From Bispira polyomma (taxonomy: Eukaryota), in contig OZ287752.1 in assembly GCA_965649765.1 (NCBI GenBank), forward strand, positions 66,898,001 through 66,962,000: 64,000 nt of DNA, in the 5' to 3' direction. The position numbers and the translations under genes are program-made. Positions 26,466 to 38,952 of this stretch are shown piece after piece (the stretch's first letter is position 1; each line of letters opens with the position of its first letter). Below the pieces are notes generated by a model. That model did no database searches and was not told the origin of the DNA. It worked only from the letters and a program-made list of their open reading frames with translations.

Positions 26466-27330
26466 ACTAAATGAAGACTGTATACATGTCCCTCTACAAG
26501 GAAATAACCTACACTTCTTACCACTCATTTTAGATGAGATACCAGCTGTGAATTCAAATATGTCCTCAGTTATTACTTAACCTCACTCCAGCAGTGATCT
26601 AGTAATTTTCGAGTTGAGCTGAGCTTGAGAATTTTCGAAAAGACAGTCTCAGATATTCGTGTGAATTTATACTCAACAAATTTATCCTTGTTTATCTCGT
26701 ATTCAAAGTGCTAATTAGCCTTTTCTTTTCTGTTTTACATATATTAAACAAAGATTTAACACAGATTCTCGAATTCGGATGTTCTCAATATCCCATTTAC
26801 TGACTATATACAGAGCCATAATATCAAATGGAAGTATGACTAATCTAGATTACCAGATTAAGTGAACTTACCCACGAAATACAGTATTAAGTGGCACAAA
26901 ATTAGGAAAAAAGGCAGCTGCTATAAAATTTGATCATTGTGGCGTAATACATACAGTTTGTTTAGAGCAAAAAGCCCAATTTTAAAAATAGGAACTCAAA
27001 AGACTATCTTTATTTCAAATCCTTATATATACAAAATACTACATTTGACCATTGTTTATAATAACTTTTTTAATCTTGAATTCACAAGTATTATCAGTTT
27101 TCAAAAATCGTATTGTAAACCAAGAGCTGGAAAACTAGGATGATAGCTTGTATTTCAATTCAGCACTGGAGAGATTATAATTGATATTTCAGTTAAATGT
27201 CATCAGTGTTATAATTTTGCATGTTTCAATTGGTGCGGATGTCTTACTGTGAAAACAAACTCTAAATGTTGGAGTACTTTCTTTGTCTCATTAGACAACA
27301 AAAGCTTTGGTTGGCCATCTTAAAGAATAA

Positions 27331-28383
27331 TTGTATCCACCTATCCTGTGGATACTTTGGTTTAGCATTCGCTATGCGCCGCCGCCGCAGAGAGATTTTT
27401 GCCGTTAACACTCTCAGCAAAAAACTAGACCAGCTAGCTTCACCAAATTTGCAGGATATCTTCATTGGGAGGTAAGCTTCTCTGCGACTGAAATTAGCTT
27501 CTTTCTAAAAAACAAGATGGCCGCCATCGAAATTTCTTTGAAAATTATAAACCTTTTTCTACTGGCTGGTTTTCATAACTAAAAGGTTAAATCTATTCAT
27601 AGGTGAAATGTATAACAAATATATATGTCCTCTACAAGCATGCAGACATTTTACCTTGAAGCTCTTCATTCAAGGTCATCCACGGAGTGCCAAAGTACCC
27701 CACATAGTGAACCTATATCTCCCTTATTAGTGCCTATATCTCCCTTATTATTGGTCCTAGAGGCTTGGCCTGTGAAGCCTATTCATAAGAAGCCTATTCA
27801 TAGGGCTAGCAATCTTCTGATGTGGTCAGGTTTGACCTTGGACCCCTCATTCAAGGTCAAACAAGGTATCCAAACTTAAAAGTGCTCATAACTCTCTTAT
27901 TTTTGGTCCTAAAGGTTTGACATGTGAAGACTACCTACAGGAAATCATGGGCTGGGAATCTTCTGATGTGGTCAGATTTGACATTGGGCCCCTCCATCAA
28001 GGTCAGACGAGGGTAAAACTGTTAAAAGTGCTTATAACTTGCTTATTATTGGTCTTACAGTTTTGAGATGTAAAACCAACCTTTAGGAAATCATAGGCTG
28101 GGAGTCTTCTGATGTGGTCAGGTTTGACCTTGGGCCACTCCTTCAAGGTCAAATGACAATAGCCAACTTAAAAGTGCTTATAATTCACTTATTATTGGTC
28201 CTACAGGTTTTCAATGTGAACCCAACTTGTAGGTAATCATCGGCTGAGAATGTTTTGATGTGGTCAGATTTGACCTTGGGGCCCCTCCTTCAAGGTCAGA
28301 CGAGGGTAGCCATAGCTTGGATGCTTCCTACCTAGGGGGCTCTGTCTTTCTGTGCATCGGTTCTCCGATGTGCTAGGTCTAGT
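27331..28383 (+). mobile_element. Complete Helentron-like non-autonomous element (HINE) with a ~148-bp tandem array
   Basis: 5' GTATCCAC..GTGGATAC inverted repeat and (CCG)n. Four units containing TTATTGGTCCT...GTGGTCAGATTTGACCTTG..CAAGGTCA. 3' hairpin CATCGGTTCTCCGATG, then CTAG|TTTT. A related unit occurs at 12135-12290. Confidence 0.8.
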
Positions 28384-28453
28384 TTTAGTTTTGAATTTAG
28401 TAAATACTCTCATGTTTCCTTTTTTTTTTGGAGGCAAGTTTCAAATCTGTTAA

Positions 28454-28991
28454 TTATGTAGCGTTCACACTGTCCATGTTCTCGAGACCATTCAAGCCCC
28501 GTTCTGAGAACTTGTGTGAACTGAAGTAAATGTCTGACACCTGGGCATAAACTTGGCATAAACGGTTGAGATCGGCAAGAATGGAAGGCAGAGCCGGAAA
28601 TTTTGAACATGTTAAAAACTTCCGTGTGTGGTCGGCTCTAAAAGCACATCTTGAGAGAACTGGAGAAAAGGGCTGTGGTTGGGGCATAAACAGGGTTCAA
28701 ACTGCTCAGAACTTATATAAATGAGGCTTGAACTGCTTAAAACTTGTGTAATCTGACCAGAACTGGAGTAATTTAGTGATGAACTGCTTAGATCTGGTCA
28801 GGTCTGGGCATAAATTTGTCATAAACAGGCGAGATCTGGTAAAAACTTGGCATATCCTGGGCATAAACGGGGATGCAAATATATGCAAATGAACATTTTC
28901 CAGCAATTCTCTTCCGACCATCCAAGTTCTAATGGTCGGGAGTAACGACTAACATCGGAGCGTGAACTTAGACAGTGTGAATGGTACATAA
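28454..28991. mobile_element. MITE
   Basis: TIR TTATGTAGCGTTCACACTGTC / GACAGTGTGAATGGTACATAA with 2 mismatches. Confidence 0.7.
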
Positions 28992-29248
28992 CTATGATTT
29001 TAGAGCTTGTATGTTGACAGTTTGGGGATGTCCTGAAGGTTACAAATAAACCTCTACTATCAGAACTTGTTCGGAGAGCAAGATTTTGTTTGGATAATAG
29101 AAGAAGGTTAATAAACTAGACGATGCATTTCTATATAAAACATTAGCAAAAATTAGATATTATAGACAGTGAAAATTAATTGATAAAATAAAATATTCGG
29201 ATAACAGTAGTTCAGATAATAGAGGTTCTACTGTATTTTAGCTCTATA

Positions 29249-29455
29249 CAGGCGGTCACAACAGTGTCCCGGGCATAATAGTGTCCGTTGCATTTTTAAA
29301 GAACTTACGGAAATTATTATTGAAGACACATGCTACATTATGCCTATGGATTAAATTACAGAATACTTATTTATTTTTGAGAAATCTATGTTTTTTATAC
29401 TTTAAAATCTGTGTCGACCAAAATTGTGACCCAGACACTGTTGTGACCGCCCGTG
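29249..29455. mobile_element. Tc1/mariner-like MITE
   Basis: TA|CAGGCGGTCACAACAGTGTC ... GACACTGTTGTGACCGCCCGTG|TA. Confidence 0.8.
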
Positions 29456-31229
29456 TATGTCCATAATGTGTGTGATACTGTACATTGTTTGTGTCACATT
29501 ATGTTTGGTTACATTTCACTTTAGCCAATAAGACTATATAGTGTTGTGTTTTGTGGGTTGTTGTTTTTTGTAAGGGGGCCTTTAATTAAATATATAATAG
29601 GGTGCATCGTTTGGGTGAGTTATGTATTAAACTTAGTTTTCCATTCAACAAAATCCGATTAAACTTACTTTTCCATTCAGAAAAATCTGAATATACACAC
29701 ATCCATTAGTGTTAAAGAGATGTGTGCTTCACACTAAATAATATCTGTCTGTAAACTGGATCTATGGGAGGACCTTATAAAATCTGCACAGATCTTTTTC
29801 TATTTTCTAGTTTTGACATGCATTTCTGAGCCATATGTCCTAATGTAGCCATAAACAAGTGTTTTTTTAGCAAGTCACAGAAAGAATTTTTTTGCCCAGT
29901 TTGATTTGATTACAAGAATATTGATTACTTAGTATGTGTATATTGAAATTTTGCTTAATGTGAATCAAACATAATTATTATTACTTATAAAACTTGATAC
30001 TGTGTCAAAATCAACAATAAGCAATGTTTGTCACATTATGTAGTGATCCAATTGAAGGTTTCCCTTTTGACCCGATGAGTTCTAAATTTGGTGCGGTAAC
30101 ATTCTATGACTAATTAAGCAGAGAATAGCCAGAGTTATACCAAGTTTTGAAATGGATGAAGATCAAGTCCAAGGATTGGACTGAGTAGGATAATAAGGCA
30201 AAGTCTTAAGTCAAACCTCGAGGGACCAGAAGAAATACCTCTACTTAAGCAGGATGTCCACTTAAGTAAACGATTCCATATGGGCGGCTTGGGCTTGCGG
30301 GGTGTGGCTTGCCATTATAAAATCGATAAAAGAGGCGTTTCCATGTGCGGGAAAGGGTTAATCCAAAGTCATCCATACATATTGAAGTTGTCAGTGTCAC
30401 AAGCTGAAAATACTATGCAATTTGTCTGTGAGGAGTATTACTTAAAACACCACACATACCCACAAAAATATCGGCCCTGGTTGCAAGAAATGTTTTAGTG
30501 TCACTGGATTTCTTTCAGAAAGTACTGTACTATTTTGAATAAACTTTTTAAATATTTTACAATACCATTGGACACTATCACATAACTAAAGTTTGTTCAT
30601 CAAAATGTACTTGCCATTGGTAAAACAGCATATCTACCTGCCATGCATTATACTGGGTGTTTTGCCACATTCCGCATTCTGTCTCCCAGCAATGCATATT
30701 GTATCATTTTAGACAGAAAGATAACTAATCGTCACAAGATATGGTCTTGAAAATGCCATTATTACCACACTGCACAAATATATAGGTTATTTCTGACAAA
30801 AGTAGTTCTAGTGAAGTACATGTAATATGAAAGAAAGTAGTACATAATGTTGTTAAAATGATTGCTAAGGTATTGTGTGTGTGTGTGTATGTAGGCTGAA
30901 AAGTGTAATATATGCATGTATAATGCTGTGTAATTTTGTTCCAACATTTGAAATAAAAGAGAAATAGACAATGAAGAAAGTTTTTATTTAAAAATGTCCT
31001 TATTCCTTGTTACAATTAATAGTACTTTGTTAAAGAGATTTACAAAAATATACATACAGAGTTTTAGATGTATAAAAACACACATACATAATTACCGTTT
31101 ATAGTTGATGGTCCTAAATTGGGTCCATTTTAATTTGTGGTCTAAATTTTTAATGTCGTATTTAAAATGTTTTAAAAGCTAAAAACACCAACAGAATCTT
31201 ACTTTCTATCGCAGAAAGAGAAACATTGT

Positions 31230-31433
31230 TAAGCCTAGGCTTCCTTTCAGCATATTTTTATCGGTCAGTATTTGATATTAGGAACCTGATATTAGGAAAA
31301 AAATAAATTTGTCACACCATTTTACATAGTACATATCGGATGAAAGGAAGCCCTACATCGGCTGATGTCGAATCGGCTCAGATGTTAACAAATTGGCCGA
31401 CGTCAGGATCGGCGGAAAGGAAGCCTAGGCTTA
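31230..31433. mobile_element. Short MITE of the same family as 6764-7470
   Basis: TIR TAAGCCTAGGCTTCCTTTC / GAAAGGAAGCCTAGGCTTA; shares ATCGGCCGACGTC-like motifs. Confidence 0.75.
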
Positions 31434-32080
31434 TTATAATTTGGCTTTTGGTAAGAAATAATTGCTCACTAATGTTTTAAACTGCTATTATATAAAAGAA
31501 GTGTATATGTTTTTATTAGACCTAAAAGTGGCACAACCATTATATATATTTACCTATGATACAAATAAAAAAGTTATTGGTTACAATAGGCCTGTAACAT
31601 TCACTTCTTTCCATGTATTTAAACACACTGTATATATATATAAAGAGCAACTTCACAGCTTCATTACTGTGGGATTGTTTATGATTTACATAAACTGTAG
31701 AAATATATGGGTTCACAGATGTGAGACAGAAGGGGTCAGTGAAACACAGACACCACAAAATATGTTTGGCATTTCATAATGGGCTCATTTATTTGTACAC
31801 TTGATAACATGCATAACCGTTCCTTAGGTAGTCCAAGGATAAATTTTGAATGACACAAAAGGAGGGTTCTGAGAAACCAATTTTCAAATGACTCTCAAAT
31901 AGAAATTTAACAGTACAAATAATGAGAAGGTCACAAACAACTAATCAGATTCAATTCACCAGATTACTCTTGGCACTCCCAACTTGGAGTGGATTACTAG
32001 ATTTAAATAAATTTGTTTTGTTTTAAGTTTAATATTCCAGGATATTTGATATTTTATGTTTATAACTATAACGTAGTTGT

Positions 32081-32517
32081 ATCTGTTTTCCTTGTAAATC
32101 TTGCACGGCATATTTTACAGTAATGTGCGAAACTTTTGCTCTTATGTAGGTCACACACCAGTATTGTTAAATAAAGCTATTCTTGTAGTTGTATTTAGTT
32201 TTTTCAAGGGTAACCCACAATTTTGCCTTAAAAGAAAATAAACTACAAGAATATATTTAGTCAACAATAGTGGTGTGTTACCTACACAAGAGCAAAAGTT
32301 TCGAGCATTACTGTAAAACAATATACGCTGACAAGACATGAGAGTGATATGTTGTTTACATTACACAAAAGTTGTTAAAATTAGTGTGTGATATTAGAAT
32401 AGGCAGTAAATGTTTGTGATAGGCACATATACAAACCTGTCTGATTGCAGGTAACAATTTATATTTGTTGTGCCAGGGATAGAAATATGCCGTGCAAGAT
32501 TTACAATGAAAACAAGT
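32081..32517. repeat. Foldback (long inverted repeat) element
   Basis: Outer arms TTGTAAATCTTGCACGGCATATTT / AAATATGCCGTGCAAGATTTACAA. Inner ~95-bp arms at 32112-32210 vs 32225-32320. Confidence 0.8.
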
Positions 32518-32519
32518 AC

Positions 32520-35500
32520 AAGTGAGCTCTGTCTCTAGCCGTGCCTACCATCAAAAAAATCAAAGCATCTTGATTATATGGCGGATTTGATGAAAAGACT
32601 CCCAGGATTTTTCCTGGGAGGCCACCAACGCGTCTCACGCTGTAGTATTAAGCACCCTTGGGTTGGACAAGCTCCAGCGGAGTGAAGTCGAGAAACTTGA
32701 CTGGCTCAGACAGGCACATGCACAGAGGCACGTTTCTAGTAGTACCAGTGGTTACAATGCGAGTCGTATTAGTAGCAAGAGTACTGTGGTAGGGAAGCAA
32801 GGGTCGGCCAACTGCAAATTTTACCAGGAAGGCACCTGTAAATTCCCTTCTAGTCACAGAAATGAAAATACATATTTCAAACATGTGTGTGAACAGTCCG
32901 CTGGTGCTCACAGAAGCAGTAATTGTAGCCCGGGTTTAAACTGCTATTATACCGCCAATATAATACCCACTAATCTGACTAGTGAGGTCTCTCAATTAAG
33001 CAGAGGTATATTTAAAGTAGACATAAGCCACGCATTTAGGCATGTGCCTATTGATCTTGAAGATGTAGATTTATTGGGTTTTAAGTGGGACTTCTATTAT
33101 TTGGACAGATCTCTCCCCTTTGGTTATCAGAACGGATTCACCATTTTTCAGCAAATTTCATATGCCGTGAGATATATAATGGCTCAAAAGGGCTTCCATA
33201 TACACGCGTACATAGACGATTATTTATGTGTGGCGTTACCTAGTAAAATAACCAAAATTTATGATAGATTACAGGCACTCCTGGCGGAACTGGGCCTAAC
33301 GGTTAGCCCAAAGAAGCTTGTTCCCCTAGTACTAAAGTAATATGCCTAGGCATTTCATAAATACAGTGGATTTTACCACTTCGATCCCTTCAAAAAAAAA
33401 TGGGGGAAATCAGAGCATTATGTCAAATGTGGGAGGGGAAGCAAACTTGTACTAAATAAGAATTACAATCACTACTTGGGTCCCTCTTATATGTCGGGGG
33501 CCACGGTGGCCTAGTGGTTAGCAAGCATTGTGCTTCACAATCACTGGTCTCTCACCTCTGGGCGGCGGGAGTTTGAATCCCGCCGATGCCATGTGGGAAA
33601 GGTGGTAGTTCCTTACTGTGGGCCGCTGGTTTCTCTGCAGAACCTTGACCGACTGTATGCAGTGTTTCCTCCAGTGTTTCCAACTACCCGTCCCACTATA
33701 ACCTACTAAAAGATACTAGAGTGGATGTTAAATATCCAAATTCAAATTCAACCCTCTTATATGTCTCTAAGTGCATATCTAATATATCTACGATATGCTT
33801 ATGTATATTTGAACAGAATGCTACAATTACTAAGAGATAATCACACTAACAAGCGTTTTTCAGTAACAAGTGAATTTAAAAGAGATCTTTATTTGTTTAC
33901 AACCTTCATCCAACAATTTAATGGTATCAGTTTATTTGCCCATAAACCCATAGATGGTCAAGTGGAGCTCGATGCGTGTCTTACTGAAATGGGGGGGGGG
34001 GGGGGATTTATGCTTGTCAAGTCTATAAGTTGGCTGTACCCAATTACATGTTTCAGCAGAACATTGCCTCTTTAGAAATGATTAATATATTGGTTGCCCT
34101 AAAATTATGGGCTAGAATTTGGCAAGGTAAAAGAGTCCTATTTAAATGCAATAATCAAGCGGTTATTAGTTCCTCACTAGTGGTCATACACAGGACTTGT
34201 TGCTGGCTACTTACAACAGAAACATATATATGTGGGCCAGCAGGTTCGACATAAAAGTTATCCATATATTGGGAGTCAAAAATAAAGTGGCTGATTTGCT
34301 TCCAGATGGGATAAACCAAAAATAATACCGTGTTGTTGCATGATTGGATGGGACCTGTCATGTGGCTGCCCACTGTTGAAACCCTCCTTGACGTGGATAA
34401 TAATATAAAAATTATATACTGTAGCTTTATATTCCAGGTGGTAACCCTCTGGAAAACCTGCTCACAAGTCTGGCTTGCAGAAGGATACACATTGCTCTGG
34501 CTTCTTCCACTACGTCTGCTTACAACAGCATGTTCAGGTTGTTCCTGGCCTTTAGCCTTTTCATGAACTGGACCGAATCTCAGTTGAATGTCTTTCAGTT
34601 ATTAGCTTACCTAGAATTACCTTCTTCTGAAATTGCCAATCATTTGTCTGCCATCAAATTCAAATTTACATTGTTTCATATTAAGGTGGATGCCTTTTCA
34701 GATCCAAGGATCTCTTATTACACCAGGGCCTTGTTAATTAATAGACCCCTACAGGTGAAATTAAAGAGTGTATTTGACATCCCTCTCGTGTTGATCTTAG
34801 TAGAGAAATGTAACTTAACCTACATGGGTCAGATATTTAAAGCAATATATCTTATTAGTTTCTTCAGTTTTTAGCGTTTATCTAATCTTTGCCCTCATTC
34901 CATGGTGGCCTTTTTGCCATTCAAGCACCTGGCTAGAGGGGACATTCTTTTTAAACCTGGGTATGTCATTATTTTAGTCAAATGGAGTAAGACCCTGCAG
35001 ACTAATGATGCAGTTACACTACTGTCACTACCACCTTTACCTTCTTCTGAGCTATGCCCAGTGGCCGCTATTAAAACGACCCTAGCCCTGTCCCTCTCTG
35101 GCCAGAATGCTTCATTGTTCCAGTTCAAGGTGGGTAGTTCCTGGGCCCTCATGACGGAAAGTCGAGTCCGATGTCACCTCAAAATTCTCTTGAATATGTT
35201 GAATTTGCAGCATTCAAACTTTACTTTCCATGCCTTCCGGCATTCGGATGCCACATTTGCGTTCAATAATAATGTTTGGTTATATCCAGTGACATCGCAC
35301 CTGGACGTCAGACTGCGTCTGGCAATATATCTCTGACTCGGCTATGGTCGGCACCCAAGTGGCTTCCAAGTGCTTCTGCTCTACAAAGTACTCCCCAGTG
35401 TATCTGGTGTTTGGTGGTCGGGGACATCTCTTGTCACCTGCAAAAGAAAAGAGTTACATGTCTAAATACATGAAAATGCACAGCTAAAATTCAATAAATA

Positions 35501-36190
35501 AATAAATCACAGTATATTGGGGCATAAGATCAGCTTACTTGGGTAGGTACATAATGTACTCATCCATATCACTTTGAAACTGTATATTCTAAACTAATTC
35601 ACATTTAACAAATGTCATTAAGTCAAAACATTCTTAAACTCATTTTAATAAATTCAACTAAGGGTAACCTTTTTTATCTTCAAACTACCACTTAATTTAT
35701 GATTATCTCAAACTCAGTTTAAGAGTTCAGATTATGGTGCACTTATGAACTTATGGTCACCTCTGACTCAGTTTAAGAATTTAGATTATGGTAGCCTTAT
35801 CTTGGAACTCTTCCTGGTTACCTTAAACTAATTCAACTTATCTAAGGTCACCTTATGCCCTCCATGCTAAACTATATATAGTAATCTTAGTATTCTTATA
35901 ATAAACTTATATACCGCAATCTTTTTCTTTTTTTAACATAAATAAATGCTAATCCCCGAACTGCTACCTAGGGTGTTAATGCAGCTTAAAATTAGGAATA
36001 TAGGTATATAGATACTCGCTAGTTAAGGTACTGATTAGTGATTCAAATTATATATATTGAATGGGTGGACAATAAACTTTTATAAAACTCTAAGCAACGT
36101 ATGTAGCACTAAAACCACACACAGAGTTTAAAATTATGGTGTTGTATAATGTTGAAAATGCGTATTTAACGTGAAGGTTTCCCCTTATAT
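32520..36190 (+). mobile_element. Ngaro/DIRS-like YR retroelement copy 2 (5'-truncated, internal deletion): gag Zn finger, RT, RNase H, YR, 3' non-coding region
   Basis: CKFYQEGTC..H..HVC; FKVDISHAFRHVPID, DRSLPFG, YIDDY; VELDACLT, IASLEMINILVALKLW; YR with VKWSKTLQ, LCPV, FTFHAFRHS. Confidence 0.9.
33496..33751 (+). mobile_element. tRNA-derived SINE, family A, inserted into the RT of Ngaro-like copy 2
   Basis: 14-bp TSD CCCTCTTATATGTC at 33482 and 33752; boxes A and B; (TTCAAA) tail. Confidence 0.95.
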
Positions 36191-37915
36191 GGCTGTTCCA
36201 CTTAGCCGATCGATTGGGGCTAACCTCCCAATAATGCTATCGGGGACACTGATTTTTGAAGAAAAGCACGAGAAAATCTGCGTCATACGATTATAATCAT
36301 GAAGACTGCCGAGTTGGACGATACGTGGGAGGGGGTTCCTGATAGGCCTAACAATCGGCTCAATTTGACCTCCTGATACACAAATGGCTGCCCCGATTCT
36401 GGGCGATAAGTGGGTAGTACTACTTACGATAATTAAGATAACCTGGGGAGGCCGTCCGATCCACTCGGCGTGGTTTCTAATAACTCGGCAAGGCCGCCTG
36501 ATTACTCCAGCAAATTCTGGTAATTAACGTCAGTGGAAACCTCGAAATGTCCATGATTGTCACATATAAACCCTAGATATTGGTTGACTCAATCCAGACA
36601 AATTTAATTCTTAAGATGATTCTACAAAGAGTAATTGAGATGATGAGGGTATTTCAAGTTTTAATTGTTTCAATAAGACTGCAAGTGATGGATGTTTTAC
36701 ATCTGCAAAGAAGAATAGATATATTAAGAAGAGAGACCGACAAAGAGAATACAGGTCAAGAGAAAGTTGTCACACAATGAAGTGACAGACTTCGATTCTG
36801 ATTGAAGCTAAGCTCAAGCAACATGAGGAAGATAGGCATTACTCTACTTCTCTCCTGCCTGAAACTACAAGAAGGGAGTACTGTAACTTCCTGGGGATGT
36901 TTCCTTATGCATTCCAAGATATGGAGAGGAGTGTGGGGCATAGGATCAATAAGCAGACCACCTGGTTTAGGAAGCTACTGTCCCCTGGACTGAACATTGC
37001 CATAACATTGAGACATTTGGCCACTGGGATCACCTACAGTTCTCTACATTACTCTTTTGCAGTGGGGAGGTCCACCATAAACAAGTTGGTCCCCAGGTGT
37101 GCCAGCCAATCATTGGTGAATACCAGGAGGAATTCTTGTCTTGCCCAACAATTTCACAGGGCTGAAAGAATGTGATGGCTCAGTACATGTGAAATGTGCC
37201 CAATGCTGTGGGCTCCATCGATGTAAAACACATTACAATTAGATGCCAAGGAAAGGGGGGAGCGAATACTTCAGTTACAATGGTTTCTACTCGATTGTAA
37301 TGCTGGCTTTGGTTGACGGGAATACTGATTCCTCTGGGTGGACCTTGGATCTAGTGGCTCCAGCTCAGATGCACATATCTTCAATCAATCTAAACTAAAA
37401 CAGAGGATAAAATATCAACCAATCAGCTTCCCCCTCCTGAACCCCTCAGCCTTTTTAAGCCCCCCATCCCCATCTTTATCCTGGGTGACAACGCATTTGC
37501 CCTAACGCCCTGGCTGATAAAGCCTTTCTGCAGACAAAGGATGGACCCCAATGAGCGCATGTACAACTACAAAATTTCTAGGGGTAGAAGCATTGTGGAG
37601 AATTCATTCGGAATACTAATCCAGAGGTTTTGTGTATGCTATCAACAATGCAACAAGAACCACCCGTGGTAGGCACTATAAGCATAGCCTGTGTGATGTT
37701 GCCGAATATGATGAGGACGGCCAACATCAACCAGGCAATGCTCTACGAAAACAACGAAAAGGACCCACCTATCCCATAGGAGGCAGTGGAAGGATACCAC
37801 CAACCCTCCGACCACAGAAATCCATGCAGGGCAGCGAAAGAGCACAGGGAGCTACTGATGGCGTACTTTCTCAATGAGGGGGCAATGTCATGGCATAATG
37901 ATAGAATATGAAGCT
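36190..37915 (+). pseudogene. PIF/Harbinger (HARBI1-like) DDE transposase pseudogene with left end
   Basis: LSPGLNIAITLRHLATG..YSSLHYSFAVGRSTI; AVGSIDVKHI; FYSIVMLALVD; FILGDNAF; YNYKISRGRSIVENSFGIL. Multiple frameshifts. Confidence 0.88.
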
Positions 37916-38952
37916 GAGCTGCAAGAAAAACCAATCGGCCCTTTTCAGGCTGTAATGTTCTAAAAACATTATCTGAGCTGTTTGTTAAATTAAAAAATAC
38001 AACAACAAGCAAATTGGCCCCACAAAATAAATTATCTCATGAACACATAATTAAAAACAAAATTAAAAGCCCTGCAAATAAAACTAAAACTAAATCAATA
38101 AAATAATAACCCCTCCCAGTAGAAATATTTCAAATACTTGCCCCTTTTAATATTACTCTGTTAAAAAGTTGGCCTCTTTAAATAGACGTATGTCAGAAAC
38201 TGCCTGCCTCCATATACAAGCAAAGTTGTTAACAGACTTCCATTTAATGGGGCCATTTACTAAACAGGCTTCCATTTAAGGGGGCATGTATCTAAAATAT
38301 TTCTACTGGGAGGGCAAGTACTTATCATAGTTTTATTTAAGGGAGGAAAGTACTTAATACTTAATATATTTTGGGGTAGGCTTTCACAAGTTGAAAATTT
38401 AACAGTATATTTTTATTTCTATGGGAAAGGGCCAAGTATTGTTTTTGCTATGGGTGTATGTGTGATAGGTTATTTGTGGGGCCAGTATGCTTTTAGTAGT
38501 TAGGTTTTTTTTCATTTAACAAACAGCTCAGAAAATGTTTTAAAAGAAATTGGGTGGCCCTGAAGAGATGTTTACACTCTACTGGTCTGGCAGGTTCAGC
38601 AGGGTTGGTACTGAGGTGGAGGAGGTTGTTGTGTTGGTTGAGGAGGAGGCTGTGGTGGCTAAGGAGGAGGCTGTAGTGGTTGTGCCTGCGTCTGTGTAAT
38701 GGTTTACATACACTGCATACTTTGTCATAGTGGGTAAATATTGCATCTGTAACATGACTAAGATCATGAAAGCAAATTACTAATGTACCTTAGAAACTCT
38801 TTTAAAGATACAATACAGGCAAACATCAGTAAAGGCTTATATTTCTCGCATAAAAATGCATTGAGTATGACGATTTAAATATTACATTTATCATTTCAAA
38901 ATGATGTGACCATAGCTTAATAATTGTACAATAATTTATTCAACCAAACTAC

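Noticed and set aside
27748-28310. CRISPR-like array (also considered 39740-40365)
   Set aside because: Whole units are homologous, with no unique spacers and no cas genes, in a eukaryotic context.
32663-33340. Novel Zn-finger-RT fusion gene
   Set aside because: Better explained as an internal deletion of Ngaro-like copy 2; the downstream RT is frameshifted and interrupted by a SINE.
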